Assembly: GCA_046330075.1 (NCBI GenBank)
Contig: JAXLTL010000001.1
Location: forward strand, 652,481-716,480
DNA: 64,000 nt
Direction of reading: 5' to 3'
Source: Bacteroidia bacterium
Lineage (GTDB): Bacteria > Bacteroidota > Bacteroidia > AKYH767-A > OLB10
The position numbers were made by a program, and so were the translations under genes. How positions within the stretch are numbered: position 1 is the stretch's first letter; each line of letters begins with the position of its first letter. The notes under the pieces were generated by a model. That model did not search any database and was not told the DNA's origin. It saw only the letters and a list, made by a program, of their open reading frames with translations. Below, piece after piece: positions 54,678-64,000 of the stretch.

Positions 54678-55820
54678 ATGCCGTTTAAAAAAATAAAAGT
54701 ACTCGAAACCATCCGCCAAGGACAAATTGGCGGAGGAGAATCACATGTTCTTGACCTTGTTAAAGGAATGAACAAAGATGAATTTGAACCCATTGTACTA
54801 TCGTTCACCGACGGACCGATGGTTGACCGATTAAAAGACATGGGTATTAAAACGCATGTAGTTGAAACATTACGTCCATTCAATCTGACTACCTATAATG
54901 CGGTCAAAGAAATACTGAAGAATGAGGAAATTGACATTCTTCATGCTCATGGAACGAGAGCCCTGAGCAATACTGTATTTCCGGCTAAATCACTTGGCTT
55001 ACCGATCGTATATACCGTCCACGGATGGTCATTTCATCAGGACCAGCCTTTTCACATTCGCAGAATGCGAGAGCTTTCGGAAAAATTTCTGACCGACCAG
55101 GTAAATGTTACCATCAGCGTTTCACAATCGAACCAACGGGATGGCATCGAGCGTTTTCACATGAAGCGCAGCCGTGTCATAAACTACGGTATAGATCTTT
55201 CACGTTACAATCCCGACAAACCGATGCATGACCTGCGGGGAGAGCTGGGAATTGAACCCGGCAAAACAGTAGTGGGTTACCTCGTGAGAATGACTATTCA
55301 AAAAGATCCGTTCACACTGATCCGTGCGGTAGCTGAAGTTGCGAAAACCACTCGCGACATTCAGTTCCTGTTTATCGGAGACGGAGACCTCAAACAAGCC
55401 AGCATCGATCTTGCCAGAGAATTAAACGTTTCGGACATGATCAAATTTCATGCATTCAGAACAGACATTCCGGAGGTCCTGAACACGTTTGACATTTATA
55501 CACTTCCATCACTCTGGGAAGGATTACCCATTGGAATGCTGGAAGCGATGGCCATGCGCAAAGCAGTAATAGCGACTCCCGTAGATGGCTCCAAGGAAGC
55601 CATCAGAGAAGGACAAAACGGCATGCTTGTTCCCTGCAAAAATCCGGAAGCATTGGCAGAAGCCATACTCCGGTTACATCATAGCAAGGAAATGAGAAAT
55701 GTTCTCGGTGAAAATGCCCGCGATACCGTGGAGAAAATATTCGACGTTAGAATGATGGTCAGAAATAACGAGAATCTGTACAGAGAATTACGGCCCAACT
55801 TCTCAAGGGCAGCAGCATAA
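54678..55820 (+). CDS. glycosyltransferase family 4 (GT-B)
   Basis: EX7E region PSLWEGLPIGMLEAMAMRKAVIAT. Confidence 0.85.
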   Translation: MPFKKIKVLETIRQGQIGGGESHVLDLVKGMNKDEFEPIVLSFTDGPMVDRLKDMGIKTHVVETLRPFNLTTYNAVKEILKNEEIDILHAHGTRALSNTVFPAKSLGLPIVYTVHGWSFHQDQPFHIRRMRELSEKFLTDQVNVTISVSQSNQRDGIERFHMKRSRVINYGIDLSRYNPDKPMHDLRGELGIEPGKTVVGYLVRMTIQKDPFTLIRAVAEVAKTTRDIQFLFIGDGDLKQASIDLARELNVSDMIKFHAFRTDIPEVLNTFDIYTLPSLWEGLPIGMLEAMAMRKAVIATPVDGSKEAIREGQNGMLVPCKNPEALAEAILRLHHSKEMRNVLGENARDTVEKIFDVRMMVRNNENLYRELRPNFSRAAA

Positions 55821-55825
55821 ATAAA

Positions 55826-57034
55826 ATGCGAATAGGTATTGAAGCATTCCGGATTTTCCGGAGAAACAAGCATGGGATGGACATTGTGGCGCAGGAGACT
55901 GTTAAACGGCTGCAATACCTCGACAAGCTCAACACCTATTTTCTTTTTTGCTTTGACGACCAGGAAGGATACCACCTGCAGGAATCGGAAAATTTTAGAA
56001 TTATCCGTATTCCCAGGGCACCATCTCCAATTGTAGAACAGTTTCTCCTGCCGTTACTGGCATTACGATACAGGATAGATCTGTTCCATTCCACCGGCAA
56101 CACATCGCCTTACTTCCTTCCCTGCAAAAGGCTGGTAACACTCCACGACATCATTTATCTTGAAAAAAACGATCACCTGAAAGGCGGCTCCCTGTATCAA
56201 CGAATCGGCAAACAGTACAGGCGGTTGATTGTTCCGAAAATCGTAAGAAAAGCCGATGGGTTAATAACGGTGTCACAAAATGAACAACAGATCATACTTG
56301 ACCGATTACCGGAATTGCAGGGTCGTCTGACAGTAGTCGCAAATGCTGTATCAGGGCACTTTATGCCCAAACCCGCCGAAACAACATTATCGGTAAGTCT
56401 GAAATACAAGCTACCCAACCAACCATTTATATTTTTCCTTGGCAATACAGATCCTAAAAAAAACACGGTCAATGTTTTGAAAGCGTATCATCGCTACATC
56501 CTTAAATACGGCCATACACTTAAACTGGTGATCGCTGACATCTCACGTGCAAATGTTCACCGGCTGATCGAAAAACATCAGCTCACAGAAATCAAGGAAC
56601 ATGTGTATCTGACGAACTATGTGAGGCATGAAGACATGCCCGACATTTACAACCGGGCCCGTTTGTTTCTATATCCGTCTCTGCGGGAGAGTTTCGGTCT
56701 GCCAATTCTGGAAGCTATGGCTTGCGAAACACCCGTAGTAACTTCCGGTAGTCATGCTATGCCGGAAACTGCAGGAAATGCTTCCTTGCTGGTCAACCCG
56801 GAAGATCCATCATCGATTGCTGAAGCAATACACATTGTTCATACGGATGAAGCAACGCGACATCGTCTGATTCAGCTGGGCAAACAAAGAATCCTAGACT
56901 TTAACTGGAATCAATCCATCCAGAATCTTCTTAAAATTTACAAAGCCATTTGTGATGGAGAAAGCGTTAAATCAGTGGTCATCGAGCCTATCATAAGAAG
57001 AAATAAAAAAGGCCAGCCTGTTTACACCGGCTGA
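55826..57034 (+). CDS. glycosyltransferase family 4 (GT-B)
   Basis: YPSLRESFGLPILEAMACETPVVTS. Confidence 0.85.
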   Translation: MRIGIEAFRIFRRNKHGMDIVAQETVKRLQYLDKLNTYFLFCFDDQEGYHLQESENFRIIRIPRAPSPIVEQFLLPLLALRYRIDLFHSTGNTSPYFLPCKRLVTLHDIIYLEKNDHLKGGSLYQRIGKQYRRLIVPKIVRKADGLITVSQNEQQIILDRLPELQGRLTVVANAVSGHFMPKPAETTLSVSLKYKLPNQPFIFFLGNTDPKKNTVNVLKAYHRYILKYGHTLKLVIADISRANVHRLIEKHQLTEIKEHVYLTNYVRHEDMPDIYNRARLFLYPSLRESFGLPILEAMACETPVVTSGSHAMPETAGNASLLVNPEDPSSIAEAIHIVHTDEATRHRLIQLGKQRILDFNWNQSIQNLLKIYKAICDGESVKSVVIEPIIRRNKKGQPVYTG

Positions 57035-57061
57035 CCTGCTTCTTCCCTTAACAATATTTTT

Positions 57062-57835
57062 CTACCAGGTACGGCGCCAAGCGGTATTGAATCCGCTGGC
57101 CATAACTGAAGGCAGATAATCAATCACTGTATTATCCAGTTTCGATAATGCTTTCACATGGCGTGTAAGCATTGAATAGGGAAACACTTTTTCAACAAAA
57201 TTTGAATGCCCAAACTGGAGAAGATCAAATCCGTGCCGTTTGATCAGGTTGATGATGGCATGTTTGGTAAAAAACTGAACATGGGTAAGATCTTCACTTT
57301 GACTTTGAATGGTACTGTTGCTATATCCCAGAGCCTTCTTGGATGAGTTAATAATGTTACCCATCCAGCTCTTTGACATTTTCTGCACGGGGCGAGTCAC
57401 CAGAAGTTCACGGGGTCCGACTCCATTCGGTACCGTCGCAATTAAAATTGCACCCGGACGAAGTATTTTTGCGATAGTGGTCATTAATCCATCCGGATTA
57501 TGCAAATGTTCCAATACCTCGCTGCAAATAATAGCATCAAACTGATCACCATCAGTAACCTGCTCTGCGCTGCAAACCCTGAATTCCACATTTGGAAGAG
57601 AGTTCTTTGAACGAGCATAGCGGATTGCATTTTCACTAAAATCAATACCGGTGACCTGATATCCAAGGCTACCTATCCCGCGAGCAATATTACCGTTCCC
57701 GCAGCCAATATCAAGGACTTTCGCCCCAGGCTGACAATAGGTTTGAATGACTTCCGCGATGAAGTTGAGTCGTTTAATATCAACAACCTCCGTAAACTCG
57801 GTGTATTTGCCGATATTGATTGTGCTTTTTTTCAT
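57062..57835 (-). CDS. class I SAM-dependent methyltransferase
   Basis: Motif I KVLDIGCGNGNIARGIGSLGYQVTGIDFSENAI; motif II DAIICSEVLEHL. Confidence 0.8.
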   Translation of the reverse strand: MKKSTINIGKYTEFTEVVDIKRLNFIAEVIQTYCQPGAKVLDIGCGNGNIARGIGSLGYQVTGIDFSENAIRYARSKNSLPNVEFRVCSAEQVTDGDQFDAIICSEVLEHLHNPDGLMTTIAKILRPGAILIATVPNGVGPRELLVTRPVQKMSKSWMGNIINSSKKALGYSNSTIQSQSEDLTHVQFFTKHAIINLIKRHGFDLLQFGHSNFVEKVFPYSMLTRHVKALSKLDNTVIDYLPSVMASGFNTAWRRTW

Positions 57836-57844
57836 AAGATTATA

Positions 57845-59059
57845 TCAGATACCTGTTTCTACGGACAGATTTACTTTTTGTTCTATTAATTTTGAAATTG
57901 AACCAACATTGGCTTCCCAGGTATGCGTAAATGCATATGCTCTTCGTGAATCAGCAAGTTCAGGACTATCCTCTTTCAATGCTCTGGATATCTGATCAGC
58001 GAACTCCTGATGCGTTTTAGCCAGATACGTATGATCCTTAAAATATTCCATAAAAGGCGTATATGTCGCCACAACAGGTTTGCCCATCGCTAGGTATTCA
58101 TCAATTTTGCGTGGATAATTCCCCATGGTCACTTCATTCACCAATTGTGGGTTAATGGTGACATCGAAAGATTTTATATAGGCTGGCAGTGACTCAGGAG
58201 TTTTATTGCCGAGAAAATGAACATTGTTCATTCGATGCAAATTACTGGATTTAAAAGCCTCATCTTCCGGTCCCACAAGAACAACCTGCCAATCCGGATG
58301 TTGTGCAGCAACATGCTCCAGCAATTGAATATCCAGTCTCACCGATGTCAGAAAGCCCGTATAACCGATGACAGGCCGGGGAAATGGTAACATTTCTTCG
58401 GCCACCTGTATTTTTTCCGGATGGCTGTATAAACTGAAGTCACAACCTTGCCCAACGAAACAGGCACCAGGATTATACCGGCGGGCATATTCAGCCAGAA
58501 ATTCAGAATTCGTAGCTACCACATCTGCCTGCCTGATCAGCTGATGTTCCATCTCCAATGCATGTTTTTTAAAATAGGAAATGGTGCTAAGGTTATCTCG
58601 GATATAATAAACAAACAAATCTGGATTCAACAGTTCCTTAAGGTGAAAGCAACGGATCATGGACTGATCATTGAACAAAATGAAAGAATCAAAACCAATC
58701 TGTTCCATCGCCTTTCGGATATCTTTTGCCAGGCGACGATTATTCATTTTATTAAACCAGTTAAACAAAGCCGGCTGGCTGATCCAGTTGATTGACTCAG
58801 CAATATGAGTAGGGGTTAAATTCCACAAACCCGGCAAGACTTCAGTAAGTGCCTCTTTTTTACCTTTAATCACCTCAACTCTCTGCTGAATCTGATCATC
58901 ATCAGATCCTTTTAGAAAAGTACTCCTGTCCAAAGGCGGATTTACATACAATACCCTGTTTTTCTTCGAAAGTTCAATTGCAATATTCTTGCAATTACTG
59001 CCAATCTTAATATCCCAGGGTTGCAAACCAACAATAACAATATTCCGGTTTTGAATCAT
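57845..59059 (-). CDS. glycosyltransferase, GT4-like (TuaH/WbuB-like)
   Basis: C-terminal NYPRKIDEYLAMGKPVVAT matches the GT-B nucleotide-sugar binding region. Confidence 0.75.
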   Translation of the reverse strand: MIQNRNIVIVGLQPWDIKIGSNCKNIAIELSKKNRVLYVNPPLDRSTFLKGSDDDQIQQRVEVIKGKKEALTEVLPGLWNLTPTHIAESINWISQPALFNWFNKMNNRRLAKDIRKAMEQIGFDSFILFNDQSMIRCFHLKELLNPDLFVYYIRDNLSTISYFKKHALEMEHQLIRQADVVATNSEFLAEYARRYNPGACFVGQGCDFSLYSHPEKIQVAEEMLPFPRPVIGYTGFLTSVRLDIQLLEHVAAQHPDWQVVLVGPEDEAFKSSNLHRMNNVHFLGNKTPESLPAYIKSFDVTINPQLVNEVTMGNYPRKIDEYLAMGKPVVATYTPFMEYFKDHTYLAKTHQEFADQISRALKEDSPELADSRRAYAFTHTWEANVGSISKLIEQKVNLSVETGI

Positions 59060-59186
59060 GTGAATGGGGTTATGGGTTGATTTTTACGTAAACAACCCGC
59101 ATACGTTACGCAAGGAACCCGCTATTATTATCATCCTGAGAGTAACCCGGCTACCGAACTTGCGTAAAAAATGACAAATCCCCATT

Positions 59187-59834
59187 ATGTCATTCGTCCA
59201 GAAAATCAAAAGTAATCCCGGACTAAAGAAACTCTCTCTTTATCTGTTGATGCCCAAAAACCAGGCCCGGCCGCGCTTTTGGGTCAGGATTTTCCTTAAC
59301 CCGATTTTACATCAAAAAGGAAAAGGATCTTTAATTCGAAGGAGAACAAGGATGGATGTCCTTCCCTTTAACAAATTCTCCATTGGCGCAAACTCCACCA
59401 TTGAGGATTTTTCTGTGGTAAACAATGGCATGGGAGACGTAATCATTGGATTTGGCAGTCGCATTGGCATCAGCAACACGCTCATTGGACCGGTATTCAT
59501 TGGCAACAATGTTATCATTGCTCAGAATGTTGTGATATCAGCGTTGAATCATGGCTATCAGGAAATAGATACCCCCATTCGTCTTCAGCCCTGCACAACC
59601 GCTAAAGTAACAGTTGGCGATGACAGCTGGATAGGCGCAAATGCTGTCATTACAGCCGGGGTTACAATTGGAAAACATGCGGTAGTTGCGGCAGGAAGTA
59701 TTGTAACACGGGATGTCCCTGACTACAGTATCGTTGCCGGAAATCCGGCAAAACTGATCAAACAATACAATCCGGCAACAAAGACCTGGGAAAAACCCGC
59801 CGATCATCCAACTCATTTAAAACTTGCAATCTGA
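59187..59834 (+). CDS. hexapeptide-repeat (left-handed beta-helix) O-acetyltransferase, WcaF-like
   Basis: Repeats [33 protein letters not shown]...[43 protein letters not shown]. The long N-terminal extension, as in WcaF, supports the 59187 start. Confidence 0.75.
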   Translation: MSFVQKIKSNPGLKKLSLYLLMPKNQARPRFWVRIFLNPILHQKGKGSLIRRRTRMDVLPFNKFSIGANSTIEDFSVVNNGMGDVIIGFGSRIGISNTLIGPVFIGNNVIIAQNVVISALNHGYQEIDTPIRLQPCTTAKVTVGDDSWIGANAVITAGVTIGKHAVVAAGSIVTRDVPDYSIVAGNPAKLIKQYNPATKTWEKPADHPTHLKLAI

Positions 59835-59839
59835 TCCCT

Positions 59840-61024
59840 ATGGAAATTCTATTCTGGTTATTCCTCTTCATCATCTTTTACGCTTACTTCGGATATGGGA
59901 TCATTCTGGTTGCAATGGTCAAAGTACGTGACCTGTTTATTTCAGAAAGGACGATCATAAATCCTAAATTCGAACCTACTGTATCGTTTATCATACCCTG
60001 TTATAACGAACGAAGCATACTTAAAGAAAAAGTTGAAAACTGTCTTCAGTTAGACTATCCCGCAGATAAGCTCGAGATCATATTTATTACAGACGGATCA
60101 GATGATGGCAGCGCTGAATATCTGAAAACAGTAAGCGGTGTTAAAGTACTGCATGAACCGCAACGAAGGGGAAAATCTGCAGCTGAAAACCGATCCGTTA
60201 AGCATAGCCATGGAGAAATTATTATTTTCTCCGACGCCAACACCATTTTACCGGCTGATGCTATAAAAAAACTGGTTCGGCACTATATCAATCCCGTTGT
60301 AGGTGCAGTAAGCGGAGAGAAACGCATTATGCAATCTGATCGTGAAAACGCAGCAGGTGCCGGAGAAGGATTTTATTGGAAATATGAATCCATGTTGAAA
60401 AGGTTTGATGCCCGTTTGCTTACTGTGGTCGGCGCAGCCGGTGAATTATTTTCCTTCCGGCGGCATCTGTTCAAACCGCTTGAAGAAGATACAATACTTG
60501 ACGACTTTGTACTCTCCCTGCGAATCACACAAGCAGGATACAGAGTATTATACGACCCGGCTGCTACAGCCCTTGAAACATCGTCTGCCGACAGTAAGGA
60601 AGAGCTGAAAAGAAAAATAAGAATTTGTGCAGGTGGCTGGCAGGCCATGAGCAGGCTCGGCAGCTTGTTCAATGTTTTCAAACACCCTGTACTTACTTTT
60701 CAATATGTTTCACATCGTGTTTTAAGATGGACATTAGCTCCACTCTTCCTCCTCCTGGCATTGCCACTCAACATCCACCTGGCATTGGAAAGCGGATTTT
60801 ATATGTTCATACTTGAGCTTCAGCTGGCCTTTTATCTCTTTGCCGGACTCGGATATGTGTTTGAAAAGAAAGAAATCAGGTTTAAACCATTCTTCATCCC
60901 CTACTATTTTGTGATGATGAACTACGCAGCTATAGCAGGCTTCCTGCGTTTCAGCAAGGGGAATCAATCATCCGTCTGGGAGCGCTCAGCCCGCAAGATC
61001 ATGGCAGGGCATAATCCCGCATAA
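59840..61024 (+). CDS. membrane-embedded synthase-like glycosyltransferase family 2
   Basis: N-terminal TM, FIIPCYNE, DGSDDGS, FSDANT, HRVLRW (Q/HxxRW-like), and C-terminal TM helices. Confidence 0.8.
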   Translation: MEILFWLFLFIIFYAYFGYGIILVAMVKVRDLFISERTIINPKFEPTVSFIIPCYNERSILKEKVENCLQLDYPADKLEIIFITDGSDDGSAEYLKTVSGVKVLHEPQRRGKSAAENRSVKHSHGEIIIFSDANTILPADAIKKLVRHYINPVVGAVSGEKRIMQSDRENAAGAGEGFYWKYESMLKRFDARLLTVVGAAGELFSFRRHLFKPLEEDTILDDFVLSLRITQAGYRVLYDPAATALETSSADSKEELKRKIRICAGGWQAMSRLGSLFNVFKHPVLTFQYVSHRVLRWTLAPLFLLLALPLNIHLALESGFYMFILELQLAFYLFAGLGYVFEKKEIRFKPFFIPYYFVMMNYAAIAGFLRFSKGNQSSVWERSARKIMAGHNPA

Positions 61025-61130
61025 ATATTATACTGGAGGGAAAAATGTAAGGTTCAGGTCAATTTCACCTGAGCTTTTATGCCTGTAATATCGTATACTT
61101 GATAGACTGGAACTGCAGTCTGTCAGGGAA

Positions 61131-63200
61131 ATGCTTAGCCGAAAAATCCAATATCTTCTTATCTCCATCAGCCTGGTGTTGCAGGTTTCCTGTGTCAAGG
61201 AAATCGACAAGTATCAGGATGATGGTAATTCTGCGAACACCATAACCGACATCAATCAGATTCAGGTGCCGGCCAACTTTAATTATTCAAATGAAAGAAA
61301 AGTCAATCTGACGCTCCATTTAAAAACCAATACGGACGACCCGATGCCGGGAATTAAGATTTCTGTATTGAGCGGGCTTCCCGGGAACAACGGGGTGATT
61401 CTTTACACCGGTGTAACCAATACTACCGGCACATTGACTACCACTTTTACTACCCCAAAAACACTAAAGGAAGTATACATTCAAACGGGCTATGTTGGTT
61501 TGCCCGATTATGCTGTTGCAGATATCAGTACTGGAACCATCACAGTAACACTTGGAGGCTCTAATCCACAACGAATCAGGGTAATTCCTGCATCGTTTTC
61601 CGACAATGCTTCCATGAATTATCAAAACAGAAACTCTTCCTTCCCTTCGTTGAAATATCTGGGAGGCTGGAATACCCAAGGTGTACCCGATTATCTGGCA
61701 GGGAATCGTGATGTTATCCATGCTGACCTGCTCCGGCGCATCAATGCAGGTCTACCCGAATACAAATCCGTTCCGGCTCTGCATCCACAGTTAATTAACC
61801 CATCAGCACCGACAGCAATTGAAGTAACTCAGACTTCAGGATTCTGGATGACATTTGTGCATGAAGGGTCCTCAAAAAGGAATGCTGTTGGGTTCTACAA
61901 GTATCATAAAAACAATCCTCCGGCATCCATCTATGATATTCCGGAAATCACCATTGCCTTTCCGAATCTGAGCTACAGAAACTCTGGAGGAGGGTTGGTA
62001 CCGGGAGATCAGGTATATCTGGGAACCGTAGGTCCCGACAGCATGATAGGATTTGTATTACTTTCAGATGGCTATAATGTTGCCAATGCATCATTAACGA
62101 CTGGCAACTGTCAGTATTTTTCCAACTCAGACCTGAACCCTGAAACGCAATCCATTAAAAAATATCATTCTGTTTTAATCTGGGATGATACAGAAAACAA
62201 AATGATCGTAGGGTTTGAGGATATCAACCGCAATGCAGCCAGCGACGAAGACTTCAACGATGCAGTATTTTATATTACTTCCGATATACCATCTGCAATT
62301 GCAACTGCATCGGCAAATAAATCAGCGGCACCTGTAGATACAGATGGTGATGGTATTGATGACAATGCCGATGAATACCCTACCGATCCGGAACTGGCTT
62401 TTAATAACTATTACCCGTCGATAGAAACTTTCGGATATCTCGCATTTGAGGATCTATGGCCATACAAAGGAGATTATGACCTGAATGATTTACTTGTTGG
62501 ATATCGCTTCAATCTGGTCACAAATGCCAACAATGACATTAAAGAAGTGCAATCTAAAATCTTTGTCAAAGCAGCTGGAGGTTCGTATCAACATGGATTT
62601 GGCATTGAATTCCCGGTACCAGGATACTTTATCGAAACGGTGAATGGCCCTCAATATACAGAAAATTACATCTCTTTAAATGCCAACGGCACAGAAGCCA
62701 ATCAGAACAACGCTGTGGTAGTCGTGTTCGATAATTCAAACAGTGTAGCTCCATGCCAGAACGGATATTATGTAAATACAGAACCCGGCTCTCCAGTTAT
62801 AAACAGTGACACTATCCGGCTTGCAGTACGCTTTGTATCAGGAATACCACCAAACACACTGGGATCCGCGCCTTTTAATCCATTTATTATTTCGAATAAA
62901 CGGAGAGGATATGAAATTCACCTGCCGGATAAAACACCAACCACTTTGGCAGACCCGTCATTATTTAACACAGGACAGGACCGCAGCAATATAGCATTAG
63001 GCCGCTATTATAAATCTGACAATAATCTGCCCTGGTGTATCAACATTCCTTCTGACTTCCCAATCATCACTGAAAAAACGTCTATCATCAATGCGTATCT
63101 TCACTTTGTGGAATGGGCTCAGTCGGCCGGGACACTTTATCCCGACTGGTATGAAGACAAACCGGGATACAGAGACAACAATAAACTGCTACATCGCTAG
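61131..63200 (+). CDS. LruC-domain outer-membrane lipoprotein
   Basis: Lipobox LVLQVSC. Thrombospondin-type-3-like DTDGDGIDDNADEYPTD. The LruC signature FEDLWPYKGDYDLNDLLVGY. Confidence 0.75.
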   Translation: MLSRKIQYLLISISLVLQVSCVKEIDKYQDDGNSANTITDINQIQVPANFNYSNERKVNLTLHLKTNTDDPMPGIKISVLSGLPGNNGVILYTGVTNTTGTLTTTFTTPKTLKEVYIQTGYVGLPDYAVADISTGTITVTLGGSNPQRIRVIPASFSDNASMNYQNRNSSFPSLKYLGGWNTQGVPDYLAGNRDVIHADLLRRINAGLPEYKSVPALHPQLINPSAPTAIEVTQTSGFWMTFVHEGSSKRNAVGFYKYHKNNPPASIYDIPEITIAFPNLSYRNSGGGLVPGDQVYLGTVGPDSMIGFVLLSDGYNVANASLTTGNCQYFSNSDLNPETQSIKKYHSVLIWDDTENKMIVGFEDINRNAASDEDFNDAVFYITSDIPSAIATASANKSAAPVDTDGDGIDDNADEYPTDPELAFNNYYPSIETFGYLAFEDLWPYKGDYDLNDLLVGYRFNLVTNANNDIKEVQSKIFVKAAGGSYQHGFGIEFPVPGYFIETVNGPQYTENYISLNANGTEANQNNAVVVVFDNSNSVAPCQNGYYVNTEPGSPVINSDTIRLAVRFVSGIPPNTLGSAPFNPFIISNKRRGYEIHLPDKTPTTLADPSLFNTGQDRSNIALGRYYKSDNNLPWCINIPSDFPIITEKTSIINAYLHFVEWAQSAGTLYPDWYEDKPGYRDNNKLLHR

Positions 63201-64000
63201 TGATCAAAAAACTGTTTTTAAAAGCAACTACATTTCTACTCTTTACTGCCTGTGCAGTACAATCAGGGAATGCGCAGACTTCACATTTTGTTGATCTTAC
63301 AGTAAACGTTATTGACGGAAATCTGTCTCCGTTCAATAATATTCTACCCGGTGACACGCTGCTGATTGAAGCCGGCCCTAGAAAATTCCTCATCTTTAAA
63401 AATCTGACAGGGAATGACAGCCTCCCTGTTATTATCATGAATAAAGACGGAGCGGTCATTATCGACTCCGATCATTATTTTGGCATTTCAATTCGGATGA
63501 GTAAATATTTCAGGATAACCGGTACCGGTAGCCCTGATGAACCATATGGCTTCAGAATTTTCAACCGCCAGGGCAGTGGATTAAGTATAGGCGACTTCTC
63601 CAGTTTTTTCGAAGCAGACCATATTGAAGTCGGCAACAGTGAATTCTCTGGCATCATAGCCAAAACAGAACCATTTTGTGGATTCGACCGCAGTATGTTT
63701 CTTCAGGAAAACACTGTCATTCATGATTGCTACGTGCACCATACCGGGACCGAAGGAATGTATATTGGCAGTTCCTTTTACAGCGGGCAAACAATCACCT
63801 GCAATGGAGCTGCTGTGATTGTTTATCCCCCATTGCTCAGAAATGTTGAAATTTATAACAACCGCGTTGAATATACCGGTTGGGATGGCATTCAGGTTAG
63901 TTCGGCTATCAATGTGAGTATCCATCACAATGACGTACGATTCGACTCTCAGGCATTTGCTCCCTTCCAAATGACCGGAATTGCTATGGGCGGTGGAACC
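63200..64000 (+). CDS. right-handed parallel beta-helix repeat protein (polysaccharide lyase/hydrolase-like), 3'-truncated by the window edge
   Basis: Open plus-strand frame from the GTG at 63200 to the window end (VIKKLFLKATTFLLFTACAVQSGNAQ signal; ...CYVHHTGTEGMYIG...NNRVEY...IHHNDV PbH1-like repeats). Not in the ORF track because it runs off the edge. The three minus-strand track ORFs here are likely spurious shadows. Confidence 0.5.
   Translation, partial: MIKKLFLKATTFLLFTACAVQSGNAQTSHFVDLTVNVIDGNLSPFNNILPGDTLLIEAGPRKFLIFKNLTGNDSLPVIIMNKDGAVIIDSDHYFGISIRMSKYFRITGTGSPDEPYGFRIFNRQGSGLSIGDFSSFFEADHIEVGNSEFSGIIAKTEPFCGFDRSMFLQENTVIHDCYVHHTGTEGMYIGSSFYSGQTITCNGAAVIVYPPLLRNVEIYNNRVEYTGWDGIQVSSAINVSIHHNDVRFDSQAFAPFQMTGIAMGGGT

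Noticed and set aside
63088-63970. Minus-strand track ORFs 63088..63459, 63475..63663, 63581..63970
   Set aside because: They are antisense to a continuous plus-strand open frame with a signal peptide and beta-helix repeats that runs off the window edge. The plus-strand gene explains the region better.
1-64000. CRISPR arrays, rRNA genes, IS elements or transposases
   Set aside because: No regularly spaced direct repeats with unique spacers, no rRNA-like conserved stretches, and no DDE/HTH transposase-like ORFs were seen anywhere in the window.

Overview
This 64 kb window looks like a Bacteroidota chromosome segment (Chitinophagaceae/Sphingobacteriia style). The cues are T9SS C-terminal sorting domains, SprB repeats, DUF4249 beside a TonB-dependent receptor, YtxH/holin-like trios and the LruC domain. 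Gene density is high on both strands and I saw no CRISPR array, rRNA, transposase or integrase. In order, the window contains: a partial RND efflux operon on the minus strand (adaptor, pump, outer-membrane factor); a TonB-dependent receptor plus DUF4249; a tRNA-Pro(GGG) followed by an odd repeat-rich 250-bp region; TerC; an argS operon carrying a YiiX-like enzyme; a divergent arginase-family and fold-III decarboxylase pair (polyamine route); housekeeping genes (purC, PlsC-like acyltransferase, HDAC-family, PhoH, kdsA, RlmI); an ECF sigma/anti-sigma pair; a GT9 heptosyltransferase; a YtxH / holin-like / small-protein trio; YceI; MarR plus an SLC13 transporter; and two adjacent T9SS cargo proteins (a 1012-aa SprB-repeat protein and an M1 aminopeptidase). 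The part most worth a second look is a long co-directional block from ~41.5 kb to the window end. It begins with a cytoplasmic multi-PAS hybrid histidine kinase with receiver and Hpt domains, then a single-domain response regulator, then a priming polyprenyl-phosphate sugar transferase whose N-terminus is a degenerate receiver-like domain. Downstream is a Wzx/Wzy-type exopolysaccharide locus with a half-size TolC-like outer-membrane protein instead of a Wza-type exporter, a Wzc-like co-polymerase with a degenerate P-loop, seven glycosyltransferases (two synthase-like GT2 with Q/HxxRW motifs), an acetyltransferase, a methyltransferase, an LruC-domain lipoprotein and a parallel beta-helix protein. 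I read this as a phosphorelay-controlled polysaccharide system in which the signal may act directly on the initiating enzyme. All calls come from reading the translations and the DNA directly. No database search was run, so family assignments are recognition-based and should be confirmed with HMM searches.
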